The notes under the pieces were generated by a model. That model worked only from the letters and a program-made list of their open reading frames with translations, made no database searches and was not told the DNA's origin. From Planctomycetota bacterium (GTDB lineage Bacteria > Planctomycetota > UBA1135 > UBA2386), in assembly GCA_046290465.1 (NCBI GenBank), contig JBKAGP010000001.1, positions 5,504,001 through 5,568,000 on the forward strand: a DNA stretch of 64,000 nt, in the 5' to 3' direction. Below, piece by piece: positions 38,014-47,846 of the stretch. A program made the translations under genes and the position numbers. How positions within the stretch are numbered: the first letter of the stretch is position 1; every line of letters begins with the position of its first letter.

Positions 38014-39180
38014 ATGAGCCTCTCCTCGCAATCGAATCGCCGCGGCAGGCAGCAGCTGCCGGTCCTCAACGTCGCGATGCTCGGCCACGCCTTCATGGGG
38101 CGTGCGCACGGCAACGCCTACCGCCAGGTCAACCGCTTCTTCGACCTGCCGATGCAGGTGGTGCCGAAGGTGATCGTCGGCCGCGACCAGAAGCGCGCCG
38201 CGGCGGCGGCCGATAAGCTCGGGTTCGAGGCGGCGACCACCGACCTCGAGGCGGTGCTCGCCGATCCGGAGATCCACGTCGTCGACGTCGCGACGCCCAA
38301 CGACAGCCACTACCCGCTCGGCATGCAGGCGCTGCAGGCCGGCAAGCACGTGCTGTGCGAGAAGCCGCTGGCGATGACGTTGGCGGAGACCAAGGAGATG
38401 GCCAGGCTCGCCAAGAAGCGCAAGGTGCGCGTCGGGCTGTGGCACAACTACCGCCGCGCGCCGGCGACCGCGCTGGCCGCGAAGATGATCGCGCGTGGCG
38501 ACATCGGCGACGTGCTGCAGGTGCGCTGCGTCTACCTGCAGGACTGGCTGGCCGACCCGAAGGCCGGCTGGAGCTGGCGCAACAGCCGGAAGCTCGCCGG
38601 CAGTGGCGCGCACGGCGACCTCAACGCCCACCTGATCGACCTGACGCGCGCGCTGACGGGGCTCGAGTTCGACTCGGTCTGTGGTCTGCAGCAGACGTTC
38701 TACAAGAGCCGCCCGGCCGGCCGCGGCAAGACCGCCAAGGTCGACGTCGACGACGCGTTCTGCTTCCTGGCGAAGTTCAAGGGCGGCGCGATCGGCACGT
38801 TCGAGGCGACCCGGGTCGCGCCCGGACGCAAGAACCACAACTGCATCGAGGTGTCCGGCAGCAAGGGCTCGATCCGCTGGAACCTCGAGCGCATGAACGA
38901 ACTCGAGGTGTTCTCGATGAAGGACCAGCGCGACGCGCAGGGCTGGCGCACCGTGATGTGCATGGACGACGTGCACCCGTACGCGCCGAACTGGTGGCCG
39001 GACGGCCACATCGTCGGCTACGAGCACACCTTCGTGCACCACGTCGCCGACTTCGTCACCGCGCTGGCCGCCGGCCAGCCGTTCGCGCCCGACTTCGACG
39101 ACGGCGTCGCCGTCCAGGCCGTGCTCGAAGCAGCCCTGCAGTCCGCCCAGCAGGGCCAATGGACCAAGGTCCCACGCTGA
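38014..39180 (+). CDS. Gfo/Idh/MocA family oxidoreductase
   Basis: LGHAFMGRAH, VATPNDSH, GKHVLCEKPLA, GAHGDLNAHLIDL. Confidence 0.92.
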   Translation: MSLSSQSNRRGRQQLPVLNVAMLGHAFMGRAHGNAYRQVNRFFDLPMQVVPKVIVGRDQKRAAAAADKLGFEAATTDLEAVLADPEIHVVDVATPNDSHYPLGMQALQAGKHVLCEKPLAMTLAETKEMARLAKKRKVRVGLWHNYRRAPATALAAKMIARGDIGDVLQVRCVYLQDWLADPKAGWSWRNSRKLAGSGAHGDLNAHLIDLTRALTGLEFDSVCGLQQTFYKSRPAGRGKTAKVDVDDAFCFLAKFKGGAIGTFEATRVAPGRKNHNCIEVSGSKGSIRWNLERMNELEVFSMKDQRDAQGWRTVMCMDDVHPYAPNWWPDGHIVGYEHTFVHHVADFVTALAAGQPFAPDFDDGVAVQAVLEAALQSAQQGQWTKVPR

Positions 39181-39192
39181 CCCCCCCGAACG

Positions 39193-39228
39193 CCGCATAC
39201 CGAACCCGGTTCAAGTTGCGCGGGTTCG
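39193..39228. repeat. Partial copy of the REP-like element
   Basis: ccgcataccgaacccggttca matches 5482-5502 at 20/21; local hairpin cgaacccg/cgggttcg. Confidence 0.7.
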
Positions 39229-39289
39229 CGCGGCCGGCGCTCGATCGGCTAACGTCCCCGCACCCCTCCGCCTCCCACAGCAACCGACG

Positions 39290-40336
39290 ATGATGAAAGG
39301 ACCCGGCATCTTCCTGGCGCAGTTCATGAGTGACGAAGCGCCGCTCGACCAGTTCGACACCGCCTGCAAGTGGGCCGCCGACCTCGACTACGTCGGCGTG
39401 CAGGTGCCGTCGTGGGACGGCCGCTGCCTGGACCTGCAGAAGGCGGCCGAGAGCAAGGACTACTGCGACGAACTCGCCGGCATCGCCAGGCAGAACGGCG
39501 TCGAGATCAGCGAGCTGTCGACGCACCTGCAGGGCCAGCTGGTCGCGGTGCACCCGGCCTACACGTCGATGTTCCAGGTGTTCGCGCCCGACGACGTCAA
39601 CACGCCCGAGGCGATGCACGAGTACGGCGCGCAGCAGGTCAAGTGGTGCCTGAAGGCGAGCCAGCACCTTGGCCTCGACGCGATGCCGACCTTCCCCGGG
39701 GCGCTGATGTGGCACACGGTCTACCCGTGGCCGCAGCGTCCGGCCGGCCTGGTCGAGGAGGGCTTCAAGGAACTGGCGCGCCGCTGGCGGCCGCTGCTCG
39801 ACTACGCCGACGAGTGCGGCATCGACTGCGCGTTCGAGGTGCACCCGGGCGAGGACATCCACGACGGCGCCAGCTACGAGATGTTCCTCGAGCACGTCGA
39901 CGACCACGCGCGCGCGTGCCTGCTCTACGACCCGAGCCACTTCGTGCTGCAGCAGCTCGACTACCTGCACTTCATCGAGCTCTACCACGAACGCATCAAG
40001 GCGTTCCACGTCAAGGATGCCGAGTTCAAGCCGGACGGCCGCACCGGTGTCTACGGCGGCTACCAGTCGTGGCAGAACCGCGCCGGCCGCTTCCGCTCGA
40101 CGGGCGACGGCGAGGTCGACTTCGTCGGCATCTTCACCGAGCTGACCAAGCACGGCTACGACGGCTGGGCCGTGATCGAGTGGGAGTGCTGCTTCAAGGA
40201 CAGCCAGCAGGGCGCCGAGGAAGGCGCGCCGTTCATCATGTCCCACATGATCAAGCCGCCGGCCAAGGCCTTCGACGACTTCGCCGGTGGCGCGGTCGAC
40301 CAGGCGGCCGTGCGCAAGGCGCTCGGCCTCGAGTAG
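39290..40336 (+). CDS. Sugar phosphate isomerase/epimerase (xylose isomerase-like TIM barrel)
   Basis: FEVHPGED, YDPSHF, FHVKDAEF, VIEWECC; follows the Gfo/Idh/MocA gene. Confidence 0.9.
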   Translation: MMKGPGIFLAQFMSDEAPLDQFDTACKWAADLDYVGVQVPSWDGRCLDLQKAAESKDYCDELAGIARQNGVEISELSTHLQGQLVAVHPAYTSMFQVFAPDDVNTPEAMHEYGAQQVKWCLKASQHLGLDAMPTFPGALMWHTVYPWPQRPAGLVEEGFKELARRWRPLLDYADECGIDCAFEVHPGEDIHDGASYEMFLEHVDDHARACLLYDPSHFVLQQLDYLHFIELYHERIKAFHVKDAEFKPDGRTGVYGGYQSWQNRAGRFRSTGDGEVDFVGIFTELTKHGYDGWAVIEWECCFKDSQQGAEEGAPFIMSHMIKPPAKAFDDFAGGAVDQAAVRKALGLE

Positions 40337-40474
40337 CTCCGCGGGGCAATATCCGCAGGGCATCCCCGCTGGGCAGCCTCACAGCGCAGCCTCACAGCGC
40401 AGCCTTGCTGGGCCGCCAACGGCCACTCCGGGCGGGGCTGCATCCGGCGCGGCAGGAGCTACGATGCCCGCTGC

Positions 40475-42457
40475 ATGGACGCCGTCGCCGCATCGACCAG
40501 CAACGCATCACCCGGCACCGCATCGCCCACGACCAAGGGCCTGCTCGCCAGGCTGCCGCTGCTGCTCGCCCTGCTGCTGCTGGCCCTGATCGCGGTGCCG
40601 CGCGTGCACGGCCACGAGCACCTGCTGTGGTCGTTCGTCGGGGTCGGCGCCGGCCTGTGCGTCTGGTATGCGCTGCTGGCGCGGTCCCGCCGGTCGCTGG
40701 CGGTCGACGCGGTCCGTCCGGTCAAGCAGCACTACATCCAGGCCTCGGTGCAGATCGTCCTGTACCTCTACTGGGGCTTCCTCTGGCAGGACGTCGACGG
40801 CACGCGCCCGATCTACGCGCAGGCGCCGCTGATCCTGGCGCAGTTCTGCTACCTGTACGCGTTCGACGGCCTGTGGTCGTGGACGCGCGGCCGCGCCTGG
40901 CGGCTGAGTTCGGGGCCGACGCCGATCGTGCTGTCGACCAACCTGTTCATCTGGTTCCGCGACGACTTCTTCGTCTGGCAGTTCGCGATGATCACCGCCG
41001 GTCTGCTCGGCAAGGAGTTCCTGCGCTGGCGCAAGGATGGCCGCCGAACGCACATCTTCAACCCGTCGGGCTTCGGCCTGATGTGCGCGGCGACGGTGCT
41101 GATCCTGCTTGGCGAGACCGACGCGACCTGGGCCAAGCCGCTGTCGACCACGATCGCGGTGCCCGGCATCTTCCTGCTGATCTTCGCCCTCGGTCTGGTG
41201 GTGCAGCACTTCTTCGCGGTGACGCTGATGACGTTCGCCGCGGCGCTGGCGATGATCGCCACCAACCTCGTCTACCAGCAGGTGACCGGCGTCTACCTGT
41301 TCATCAGCACCAACCTGCCGGCCGCCGCGTTCCTCGGGTTGATGCTGCTGATGACCGACCCGTCGACGTCGCCGCGCACCAACGTCGGCCGCACGCTGTT
41401 CGGCGCGGGCTATGGCCTCGGCTACATCATCGCGTTCGAACTGCTCAACCGGATCGGCGCGCCGGACCTCTACGCCAAGCTGTATCCGGTGCCGGTGCTC
41501 AACCTGACCGTGCAGTGGCTGGACCGGTTCGCGCACCGGGGCGCCATCGGCCGCCTCAACGAACGCTGGGAGCGCGGCGTGTCGCCGCGGGTCAGCAACG
41601 CGATCCACATGGCGCTGTGGGCGGCGGTGTTCGTCGGCCTGTTCTCGACCGGCTACTTCGAACGCACGCATCCTGGCAACTCGATCACGTTCTGGAAGCG
41701 CGCGGTCGCCGAGCAGCGCGCCAACGCGTCGCGCGGCCTGGTCAAGATCACCGGCTCGCGTGCGGTCGATCCGATGGTCGACGGCGCGGCGCGCGCCGCC
41801 GCCTACAACGAGCTCGGTATCCTCAGCATGACCGAGGGCATCGACGATGCGAGCGAGCAGGCGCGCATCGGCAACGCGGCGAAGTGGTTCGCGCAGGCGG
41901 CCGAACTCGGCAGCGACGAGGGCAGCAAGAACGTGCTGCAGCACTTCCTGTTCCACCGCGCCCGCCGCAGCGACCGCGACCTCGGGGCAGCGCTGCAGCG
42001 CGCGCAGACGCTCGGCGTGCAGGGCGATGCGCGCGCGGCGTTCCTGATCGGACTGGCGGTCGAGACCGGTGTCGGCGTGCGGCCGGACCCGCGCGGCGCG
42101 CTGTCGTTCTACCGGCGCTGCCCGCCGACGGATCCGTTCGCGGCGCGCGGCATCGCCCGCATCGGGCTCGCGGCGGGGCCAGGCTTCGACCTGCGCGCGG
42201 TCGCGCCGGAGCTGCAGCGGGCCGCCGAGGCCGGCGACGGCGAGAGCTGCTTCTACCTGTCCTACATGCACCGCCGCGGTCAGGGTGTCGAACGCGACGA
42301 AGCGCGCGCCAACCAGCTGCTGCGGCGCGCGGCGGAGGCCGGATTCGAGCCCGCGGTCGCGGCGCGCGGGCGCGACGAGGCGCCGCCTTTCGCGCCGCCG
42401 CGACGCAAGCACATGTCGGCGCCGCCGTTCACGACGGCGTTTCCGGTCAGCGGGTGA
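40475..42457 (+). CDS. RnfD/UnbU-like polytopic membrane protein fused to Sel1-like repeats
   Basis: HIFNPSGFGL, LMTDPSTSP; C-terminal AAKWFAQAAELG, YRRC, LLRRAAEAG. Confidence 0.7.
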   Translation: MDAVAASTSNASPGTASPTTKGLLARLPLLLALLLLALIAVPRVHGHEHLLWSFVGVGAGLCVWYALLARSRRSLAVDAVRPVKQHYIQASVQIVLYLYWGFLWQDVDGTRPIYAQAPLILAQFCYLYAFDGLWSWTRGRAWRLSSGPTPIVLSTNLFIWFRDDFFVWQFAMITAGLLGKEFLRWRKDGRRTHIFNPSGFGLMCAATVLILLGETDATWAKPLSTTIAVPGIFLLIFALGLVVQHFFAVTLMTFAAALAMIATNLVYQQVTGVYLFISTNLPAAAFLGLMLLMTDPSTSPRTNVGRTLFGAGYGLGYIIAFELLNRIGAPDLYAKLYPVPVLNLTVQWLDRFAHRGAIGRLNERWERGVSPRVSNAIHMALWAAVFVGLFSTGYFERTHPGNSITFWKRAVAEQRANASRGLVKITGSRAVDPMVDGAARAAAYNELGILSMTEGIDDASEQARIGNAAKWFAQAAELGSDEGSKNVLQHFLFHRARRSDRDLGAALQRAQTLGVQGDARAAFLIGLAVETGVGVRPDPRGALSFYRRCPPTDPFAARGIARIGLAAGPGFDLRAVAPELQRAAEAGDGESCFYLSYMHRRGQGVERDEARANQLLRRAAEAGFEPAVAARGRDEAPPFAPPRRKHMSAPPFTTAFPVSG

Positions 42458-42551
42458 TCGGGGCCGCGCTCACGGTGCTCGCAGCGGCGGCGATCTCCTG
42501 GTTCGGGAGGTTGCTCCCCCTTCCCTCCACTCCGGATAGCATCAGGCCCGG

Positions 42552-43367
42552 ATGAGAACACGCTTGGTTTGCGTGGCGGTCGCGATCGCCGCTGGCTGCG
42601 TCGTCTACCTGCAGTCGACGAGGGGCGAGGTGCTCGACCCCAGATCCAATCCGTCCGCAGGGTCGGAACTGGATGACCGGCGCCCGCGGGCAGCCGATCA
42701 AGATTCCGAGGCCGCGATTGCGGCTCGCGATCGTCATCCGATGACTCCATCCCGCAGCGTCGACGGCCGGAAGCCTGCGAGTCTCGATGCTCTCTTCAAG
42801 GCGCATCTGGAACCCGCTCCGGACTACTTGCAAGAAGCGGCTAGCAAGGCTTTCACGCAGCAGGCCACGTTGATCTCCGGCCAGATGGCAGGCAGGAGTC
42901 AGGATCGCATGTCGGACGTCATGTCGGTCGTGCAGGACGGGTATGCCGTCCGGTTGCGGCGACTGGCTGCTCAGGCCACGGCCGACGGGCGCGGGCTGCT
43001 GCTCGTCGGCGGCTGCGACTTTCGCGAGGCGATCGCCGGGAAGACGCATGTGCGCTGGTCCGGTGGCGAGTCGCTGTTCGGGAAGGGCCTCGAGGTGCTG
43101 GTCGTGCTCGAAGAGGAGGATGCAGAACTCGTAGAGTTCGATCGCCGGATTCGTGAGCTGCGTGCGATCGATCTCGCTGAGCGCTTGCAGCACTTCAACA
43201 ATCTGCCGGTGGAGCAGCGCTCGGCAGCGATCAAGGAGTATCGACGCTGTCTGGCTGATGGCACGGCGGATGACCAGGGCCGTGAGTGGTTCGGGATCGA
43301 CGCCCGCGAACTGCGGTGGATCCGGGTCGACCCGGGCACCCTGCAGATCGTGCCCACCGGTCGGTAG
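42552..43367 (+). CDS. Hypothetical N-anchored protein with atypical codon usage
   Basis: Fills the intergenic space; N-terminal hydrophobic helix; more A/T-ending codons than neighbours. Confidence 0.6.
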   Translation: MRTRLVCVAVAIAAGCVVYLQSTRGEVLDPRSNPSAGSELDDRRPRAADQDSEAAIAARDRHPMTPSRSVDGRKPASLDALFKAHLEPAPDYLQEAASKAFTQQATLISGQMAGRSQDRMSDVMSVVQDGYAVRLRRLAAQATADGRGLLLVGGCDFREAIAGKTHVRWSGGESLFGKGLEVLVVLEEEDAELVEFDRRIRELRAIDLAERLQHFNNLPVEQRSAAIKEYRRCLADGTADDQGREWFGIDARELRWIRVDPGTLQIVPTGR

Positions 43368-43394
43368 CGCCGGGCGTGCACGCATCGGCGGCCG

Positions 43395-45959
43395 TCAGCG
43401 GCTGATCACCCGGATCGGTCGCAGGCCGAGCACGCCGTCACCGCCGTCCGGTGCGTGTGCGTAGCGCGTCGTCGATCGGCAGCCCAGTGCGCCGTCGCGC
43501 ACGCTGCCGCCGCGCACGGCCCGCCACGCCATCGGGTCGCGTTCGGCCCGCGCGCGCAGGCCGTCGTCGGCGCGCGCGTCGAAGTCCGGGTAGGGCAGCT
43601 TCTCGTCGCGACACCACTCGCGCACGTTGCCGTGCACGTCGCAGAGGCCGAAGCGGTTGGAACGCAGCTGCCCGCACAGCGCGATGGCGCCGTCGAACCA
43701 GCCGTACGCAGCCGCGGCCTCGGGATCGCTGCCGCTGCACCAGGGCGTGCTGGTGCCGGCACGGCACGCATACTCCCACTGCACCTCGGTCGGCAGCGTC
43801 ATGCCCCAGCGACGCAGTTCGCGCATCGACGTGTGCCAGTCGACGTCGGTCATCGGCAGGCGCGGGTCGAGGTTGGACAGGTCCCGGCCCGTCAACCTGG
43901 CGAACTGCACCACGCTCAGCTCGGTGCGCGCGACCAGGAACGGCTCGAGCGCCACGATCGCGTCGTTGAGTTCGTCGCTGCTGGCGTGCTCGTCGTTGCG
44001 ATCCATGCCCGGCTCGTTGCGGCGCGCCCCGACCGCGATGCGGCCGCCGGGCACCAGCACCAACACCACGCCGGTGCCGGCGTCGGTCTGCAGGTCGCCG
44101 CTGCGCGTGTCGCGCGTCGGCAGCGGGTAGCCGTCGGCATGCGTGCGCAGGTCCAGGAACTCCCACAGCTTGGTGCGCGGGTGGCAGCCTATCGGAACCA
44201 GGCCGGGCAGCCGCGGCAGCGGCAGGCCGCGGTACTCGGTGCTGGCGAGGTCGCCGTCGCTGGCGCGGATCGCGGCGCGCGCGCGCCGCCAGACGTCGTC
44301 GTACTGCCGATCGTCGGCGAACGTCTCGCGGCTCCACTGCATCCGGGCCGCGACCCTCGCGGCGGTGCCGTCGTCACCCAAGAACGTGTCGAGGTGCTCG
44401 CGCAGCCGCAGCAGGGCCCGCTCGAGGTGGCGATCGACGGGGTCCAGCAGCTCGCCGCCCTGCTGCTCACGTCGGTTGGCGAGCGCCAGCAGACGGGCCT
44501 GCACCTTGATGCGTTCGGCGGTCAGCGACTCGGCGAACGTGCGGTTCCAGCGGTCGTAGGCGTCGAGGTGCTCGGGCCACGGCGGCGGCAGCTCCAGCTC
44601 GAGGCGGCGGCCCTGCTCGATGCGGTCCTCGTTGGCGAGCAGACGGAAGCCGGCATCGGCCTTGTCCTTCAACTCGCGGTTGGCCTGCTCCCGCAGGCTG
44701 GCCTCGCGGTTGGCGCGCTGCAGCGCCAGCGTCAGCAGCACCAGCGACACCGTCAGCAGCAGCGCCGCCGCGGCGAACGCGATCGACTGGCCGCGGTTGC
44801 GCCGCACGAACTTGCGCAGCCGGTACCACGTCGTCGGCGTGGCGACCTCGACCGGCTGGTCGGCGAGGTAGCGGCGCAGGTCCGCGGCCAGCTCCCCGAC
44901 GCCCGCGTAGCGGTGTTCGCGTTCCTTCTGCAAGGCCTTGCCGAGGATCGCGTCGAGGTCACCGCGCAGCGCCGGCGCGCGGCCGGGCGGCGCGATGTCG
45001 CTGGCACGCGACGGCTGGTGGCTGGCGATCACCCTGGCCATGCCGGCGACCCCCTGTGCGCGCAGCACCACGCCGGGGATCGGCAGCTGCTCGGTCAGCA
45101 GTTCGTAGAGCTGCACGCCGAGCGCGTAGACGTCGGCGCGGGTGTCGACGTCGCCGACGCGGCCGGCGGCCTGCTCGGGGCTCATGAACTCCGGCGTGCC
45201 CATCAGCGTGCCCTGGAACGTCATCGCGCCGCCCTGCAACAGCGGATCCGCGAGGGACTTGGCGATGCCGAAGTCGATGATCTTCGGCCGCGGACCTTCG
45301 TCGGTCGTCGCCAGCAGCACGTTGTTCGAACTGAGGTCGCGGTGCAGCACCTGCTTCTGGTGCGCGTGCTGCATCGCGTCGCAGACCTGCAGGAACAGCT
45401 CGATGCGCTGCCGCATCGGCACCTTCTGGCGCCGGCACCAGGCCACCAATGTCGGCCCCTCGACCAGCTCCATCGCGAAGAACGGCCGCCCCTTCGGCGT
45501 CGTGCCGGCGTCGAGCAGGCGCGCGATGCACGGATGGTCCATGCGGTTGAGGGCTTCGCGTTCGGCGGTGAAGCGCGCCAGGATCTCGCGCGAGTCCATG
45601 CCCGGGTTGAGCACCTTGACCGCGACCGGCCGCCGGATCGGCTCCTGCTGGTCGGAGCGGTAGACGGTGCCGAAGCCGCCGCGACCGATCACCGCCTGCA
45701 GCAGGTAGGGGCCGAGGCGCCGCGGCAACCGGTCGTCGTCACCGGCCTGCTCGGCGTCGCCCTCGTCGCCGTGCCAGTCGCCTTCGATCGCGCCGGCGGC
45801 GACCAGCCAGTTGCGCAGCGCGCGGGCGTGGCGAGGGTGTGCCGAGAGCAGTTCGTCGATCGCGGCGGCGCGTGCGTCGTCGTCGCCCTCGAGGATCTCG
45901 AGCGCGGCCTCCTCGAGGTCCTCCGGCAGGGTCTCGTCCGCCCACGACGGCTCGGTCAT
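43395..45959 (-). CDS. Ser/Thr protein kinase - TM - FGE-sulfatase (SUMF1) fusion
   Basis: IGRGGFGTVY, VAVKVL, HRDLSSNN, IIDFGIAK, GTPEFMSPEQ; LPTEVQWEYACRAG, NRFGLCDVHGNVREWC. Confidence 0.9.
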   Translation of the reverse strand: MTEPSWADETLPEDLEEAALEILEGDDDARAAAIDELLSAHPRHARALRNWLVAAGAIEGDWHGDEGDAEQAGDDDRLPRRLGPYLLQAVIGRGGFGTVYRSDQQEPIRRPVAVKVLNPGMDSREILARFTAEREALNRMDHPCIARLLDAGTTPKGRPFFAMELVEGPTLVAWCRRQKVPMRQRIELFLQVCDAMQHAHQKQVLHRDLSSNNVLLATTDEGPRPKIIDFGIAKSLADPLLQGGAMTFQGTLMGTPEFMSPEQAAGRVGDVDTRADVYALGVQLYELLTEQLPIPGVVLRAQGVAGMARVIASHQPSRASDIAPPGRAPALRGDLDAILGKALQKEREHRYAGVGELAADLRRYLADQPVEVATPTTWYRLRKFVRRNRGQSIAFAAAALLLTVSLVLLTLALQRANREASLREQANRELKDKADAGFRLLANEDRIEQGRRLELELPPPWPEHLDAYDRWNRTFAESLTAERIKVQARLLALANRREQQGGELLDPVDRHLERALLRLREHLDTFLGDDGTAARVAARMQWSRETFADDRQYDDVWRRARAAIRASDGDLASTEYRGLPLPRLPGLVPIGCHPRTKLWEFLDLRTHADGYPLPTRDTRSGDLQTDAGTGVVLVLVPGGRIAVGARRNEPGMDRNDEHASSDELNDAIVALEPFLVARTELSVVQFARLTGRDLSNLDPRLPMTDVDWHTSMRELRRWGMTLPTEVQWEYACRAGTSTPWCSGSDPEAAAAYGWFDGAIALCGQLRSNRFGLCDVHGNVREWCRDEKLPYPDFDARADDGLRARAERDPMAWRAVRGGSVRDGALGCRSTTRYAHAPDGGDGVLGLRPIRVISR

Positions 45960-46070
45960 GCCGCAGATCATGGCATGCGAAGTTTTCTGCTCCAACGGCG
46001 TGCGGTCGGGCACGGACGGTTCTTCAGCGGGAGAACGACGAATCCACCAACCACCGACCCCGATCGAACC

Positions 46071-47510
46071 ATGACCTCCCGCACCCTGCTGACCCTGTCC
46101 GCCGCCGCCGCGCTCGCCGCGACCGCATCCGCCCAGATCCCCGGCTACCTGGTGACCTACTCGCAGACCGAGAGCACGTTCTCGGGCAGCGGCGGCACCG
46201 TGCTCGGCCAGTTGCTGCCCAACGAGGTCAGCAGCTTCGCGCCGAACAGCGTCACCTGCGCCACCGCCTCGGCCGAGAAGTGGCTGCCGCGCACCGCGTC
46301 GCACGTGATGGCCGGCGACGAGGACGGCGACGGCCTCTACTTCAACCCGTCGATCTTCGGCCCGATCGACGCGCTGCTCAGCGTGCCCAACGCAGCCGGC
46401 ATCGGCGGCGACACCCAGCGCAGCGTGTTCTGGTCGGTGTCCAGCGCGATGGGCAACAACATCAGCGCGACGCCGTTCCGCCCCGGCGACGTCGCCCGGA
46501 TCGTGCGCAACGCGGTCGGCGAAGGCCAGGTCGAGCACTTCATCCGCCAGGAGATGATCCAGTCGGCGCTCGGCCTGCCGGCCAGCTCGATCGTCGACGT
46601 CGACGCGATCGCGTTCGGTCCCAACTACGGCGTGTTCTTCTCGCTCGACCAGGACACGCTGGCGATGACCGACTGCGGCCCGACCCTGGTCCGCGACGGC
46701 GACGTGCTGTGCATCCCGCCGTACGCGCTGAACTACACGCCCGACCTGCGCATCGCCGGCGTGGTGCCGTCGGCGGCGGTGGTCGTCTACGACGAGAATA
46801 CGATGGACGCGTTCACGGCCAACGCGCAGGTCACCGACCGCTTCGGCAACTGCCTGTCTGCCGCGGTCGACGTCGAGTCGCTGGTGATCGACTACACCGG
46901 CCCGAGCGTCGCCGTCACGTCGTGCGCGGGCATCACGCTGCCGGTGCCGTCGCTGCTGTTCTCGGTCGAGACCGGCACCGGCGCGAGCGTGCTGACGACC
47001 GCGTTCGGCGGCCAGATCCACAACACGCTGTGCGGCCCGGCCGGCACCAGCTGCGGCTTCGGGCCGACGTGGGGGCCGCAGATGGGCATCCAGCCGACCT
47101 CGGCGACCACGGGCGCGCCGAGCTACGTCAACGCGCTGACCGGCGCGCGCACCTGCCACAACGTGCTCGAGCCGCAGCAGCACGTCATGAACGTGTTCCC
47201 GCTCGGCGCCCCGGCCGGCGCCAACGCGATCGACTACGGCTCGGAGTTCGCGTTCAACGTCGCGCTGGTCGAGATCGTGCCGCCGACCGTGCCGTGGTCG
47301 ATCCCGGCGTTCCCGTGGTCGCAGATGTGCTTCCCGGACCTCTACGCCAGCAGCATCCTGGTGCACGCGTTCCCGCTGTTCGGCACCTTCGGCAGCTTCC
47401 CGATGGTCGCGATCCCGCCGGCCTGGAGCGGCAAGGTGCTCTACCAGAACGTCGGCTTCGGCGCCGGCACGTTCGAGCTGAGCACGCCCTGCGTGGTCGA
47501 CGTGCAGTAG
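46071..47510 (+). CDS. Secreted Cys-containing hypothetical protein, tandem paralog 1
   Basis: Signal ending ASAQ; colinear with 47847..49271 (GSGGTVLGQLLPNE, SAEKW.PRT..HVMAGDEDGDG, FTANAQVTDRFG). Confidence 0.8.
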   Translation: MTSRTLLTLSAAAALAATASAQIPGYLVTYSQTESTFSGSGGTVLGQLLPNEVSSFAPNSVTCATASAEKWLPRTASHVMAGDEDGDGLYFNPSIFGPIDALLSVPNAAGIGGDTQRSVFWSVSSAMGNNISATPFRPGDVARIVRNAVGEGQVEHFIRQEMIQSALGLPASSIVDVDAIAFGPNYGVFFSLDQDTLAMTDCGPTLVRDGDVLCIPPYALNYTPDLRIAGVVPSAAVVVYDENTMDAFTANAQVTDRFGNCLSAAVDVESLVIDYTGPSVAVTSCAGITLPVPSLLFSVETGTGASVLTTAFGGQIHNTLCGPAGTSCGFGPTWGPQMGIQPTSATTGAPSYVNALTGARTCHNVLEPQQHVMNVFPLGAPAGANAIDYGSEFAFNVALVEIVPPTVPWSIPAFPWSQMCFPDLYASSILVHAFPLFGTFGSFPMVAIPPAWSGKVLYQNVGFGAGTFELSTPCVVDVQ

Positions 47511-47535
47511 CCGCACGCTGGTTCGAAGTCGAACG

Positions 47536-47569
47536 ACGGCCGCTCCGCGCGCACGCGTGGGGCGGCCGT
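47536..47569 (+). terminator. GC-rich hairpin after paralog 1
   Basis: acggccgctcc...ggggcggccgt inverted repeat; no U-tract. Confidence 0.4.
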
Positions 47570-47846
47570 CTCGCGTTCTGCGCAGCTGCCCGCCCCCAGG
47601 CCCTTGGCCGGTCCCGCCCCCAAAAGAAAGCGCCGCGGCTCCCCAGCCGCGGCGCTTCGTGCCCATCTCTCGGCTCCCCCTCAGGAGCCTTCTCGTCTGC
47701 AACCGCCCTGGACAACGGGCCCGAGCCCGTCGGCGTTGCAGGCGCCCTGCGGGGCGCCAAAAAAAACTGGGCCCTCGGCGTGCGCGCGGGGCCGGCTGGT
47801 TCTTCGGGGGGTGAACGACCACCAACCACCAACCCCGGATCGAACC

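Noticed and set aside
32339..38014. 1891-aa minus-strand ORF and similar giant ORFs (e.g. 45839..49426, 27677..31414, 19580..22750, 9605..12595)
   Set aside because: Arg/Ala/Gly-rich antisense or off-frame shadows of real genes in high-GC DNA; only the last ~97 codons of 32339..38014 are real.
40373..40405. 13-bp tandem repeat gcagcctcacagc x2.5
   Set aside because: Too short, with no spacers; not a CRISPR array and no function evident.
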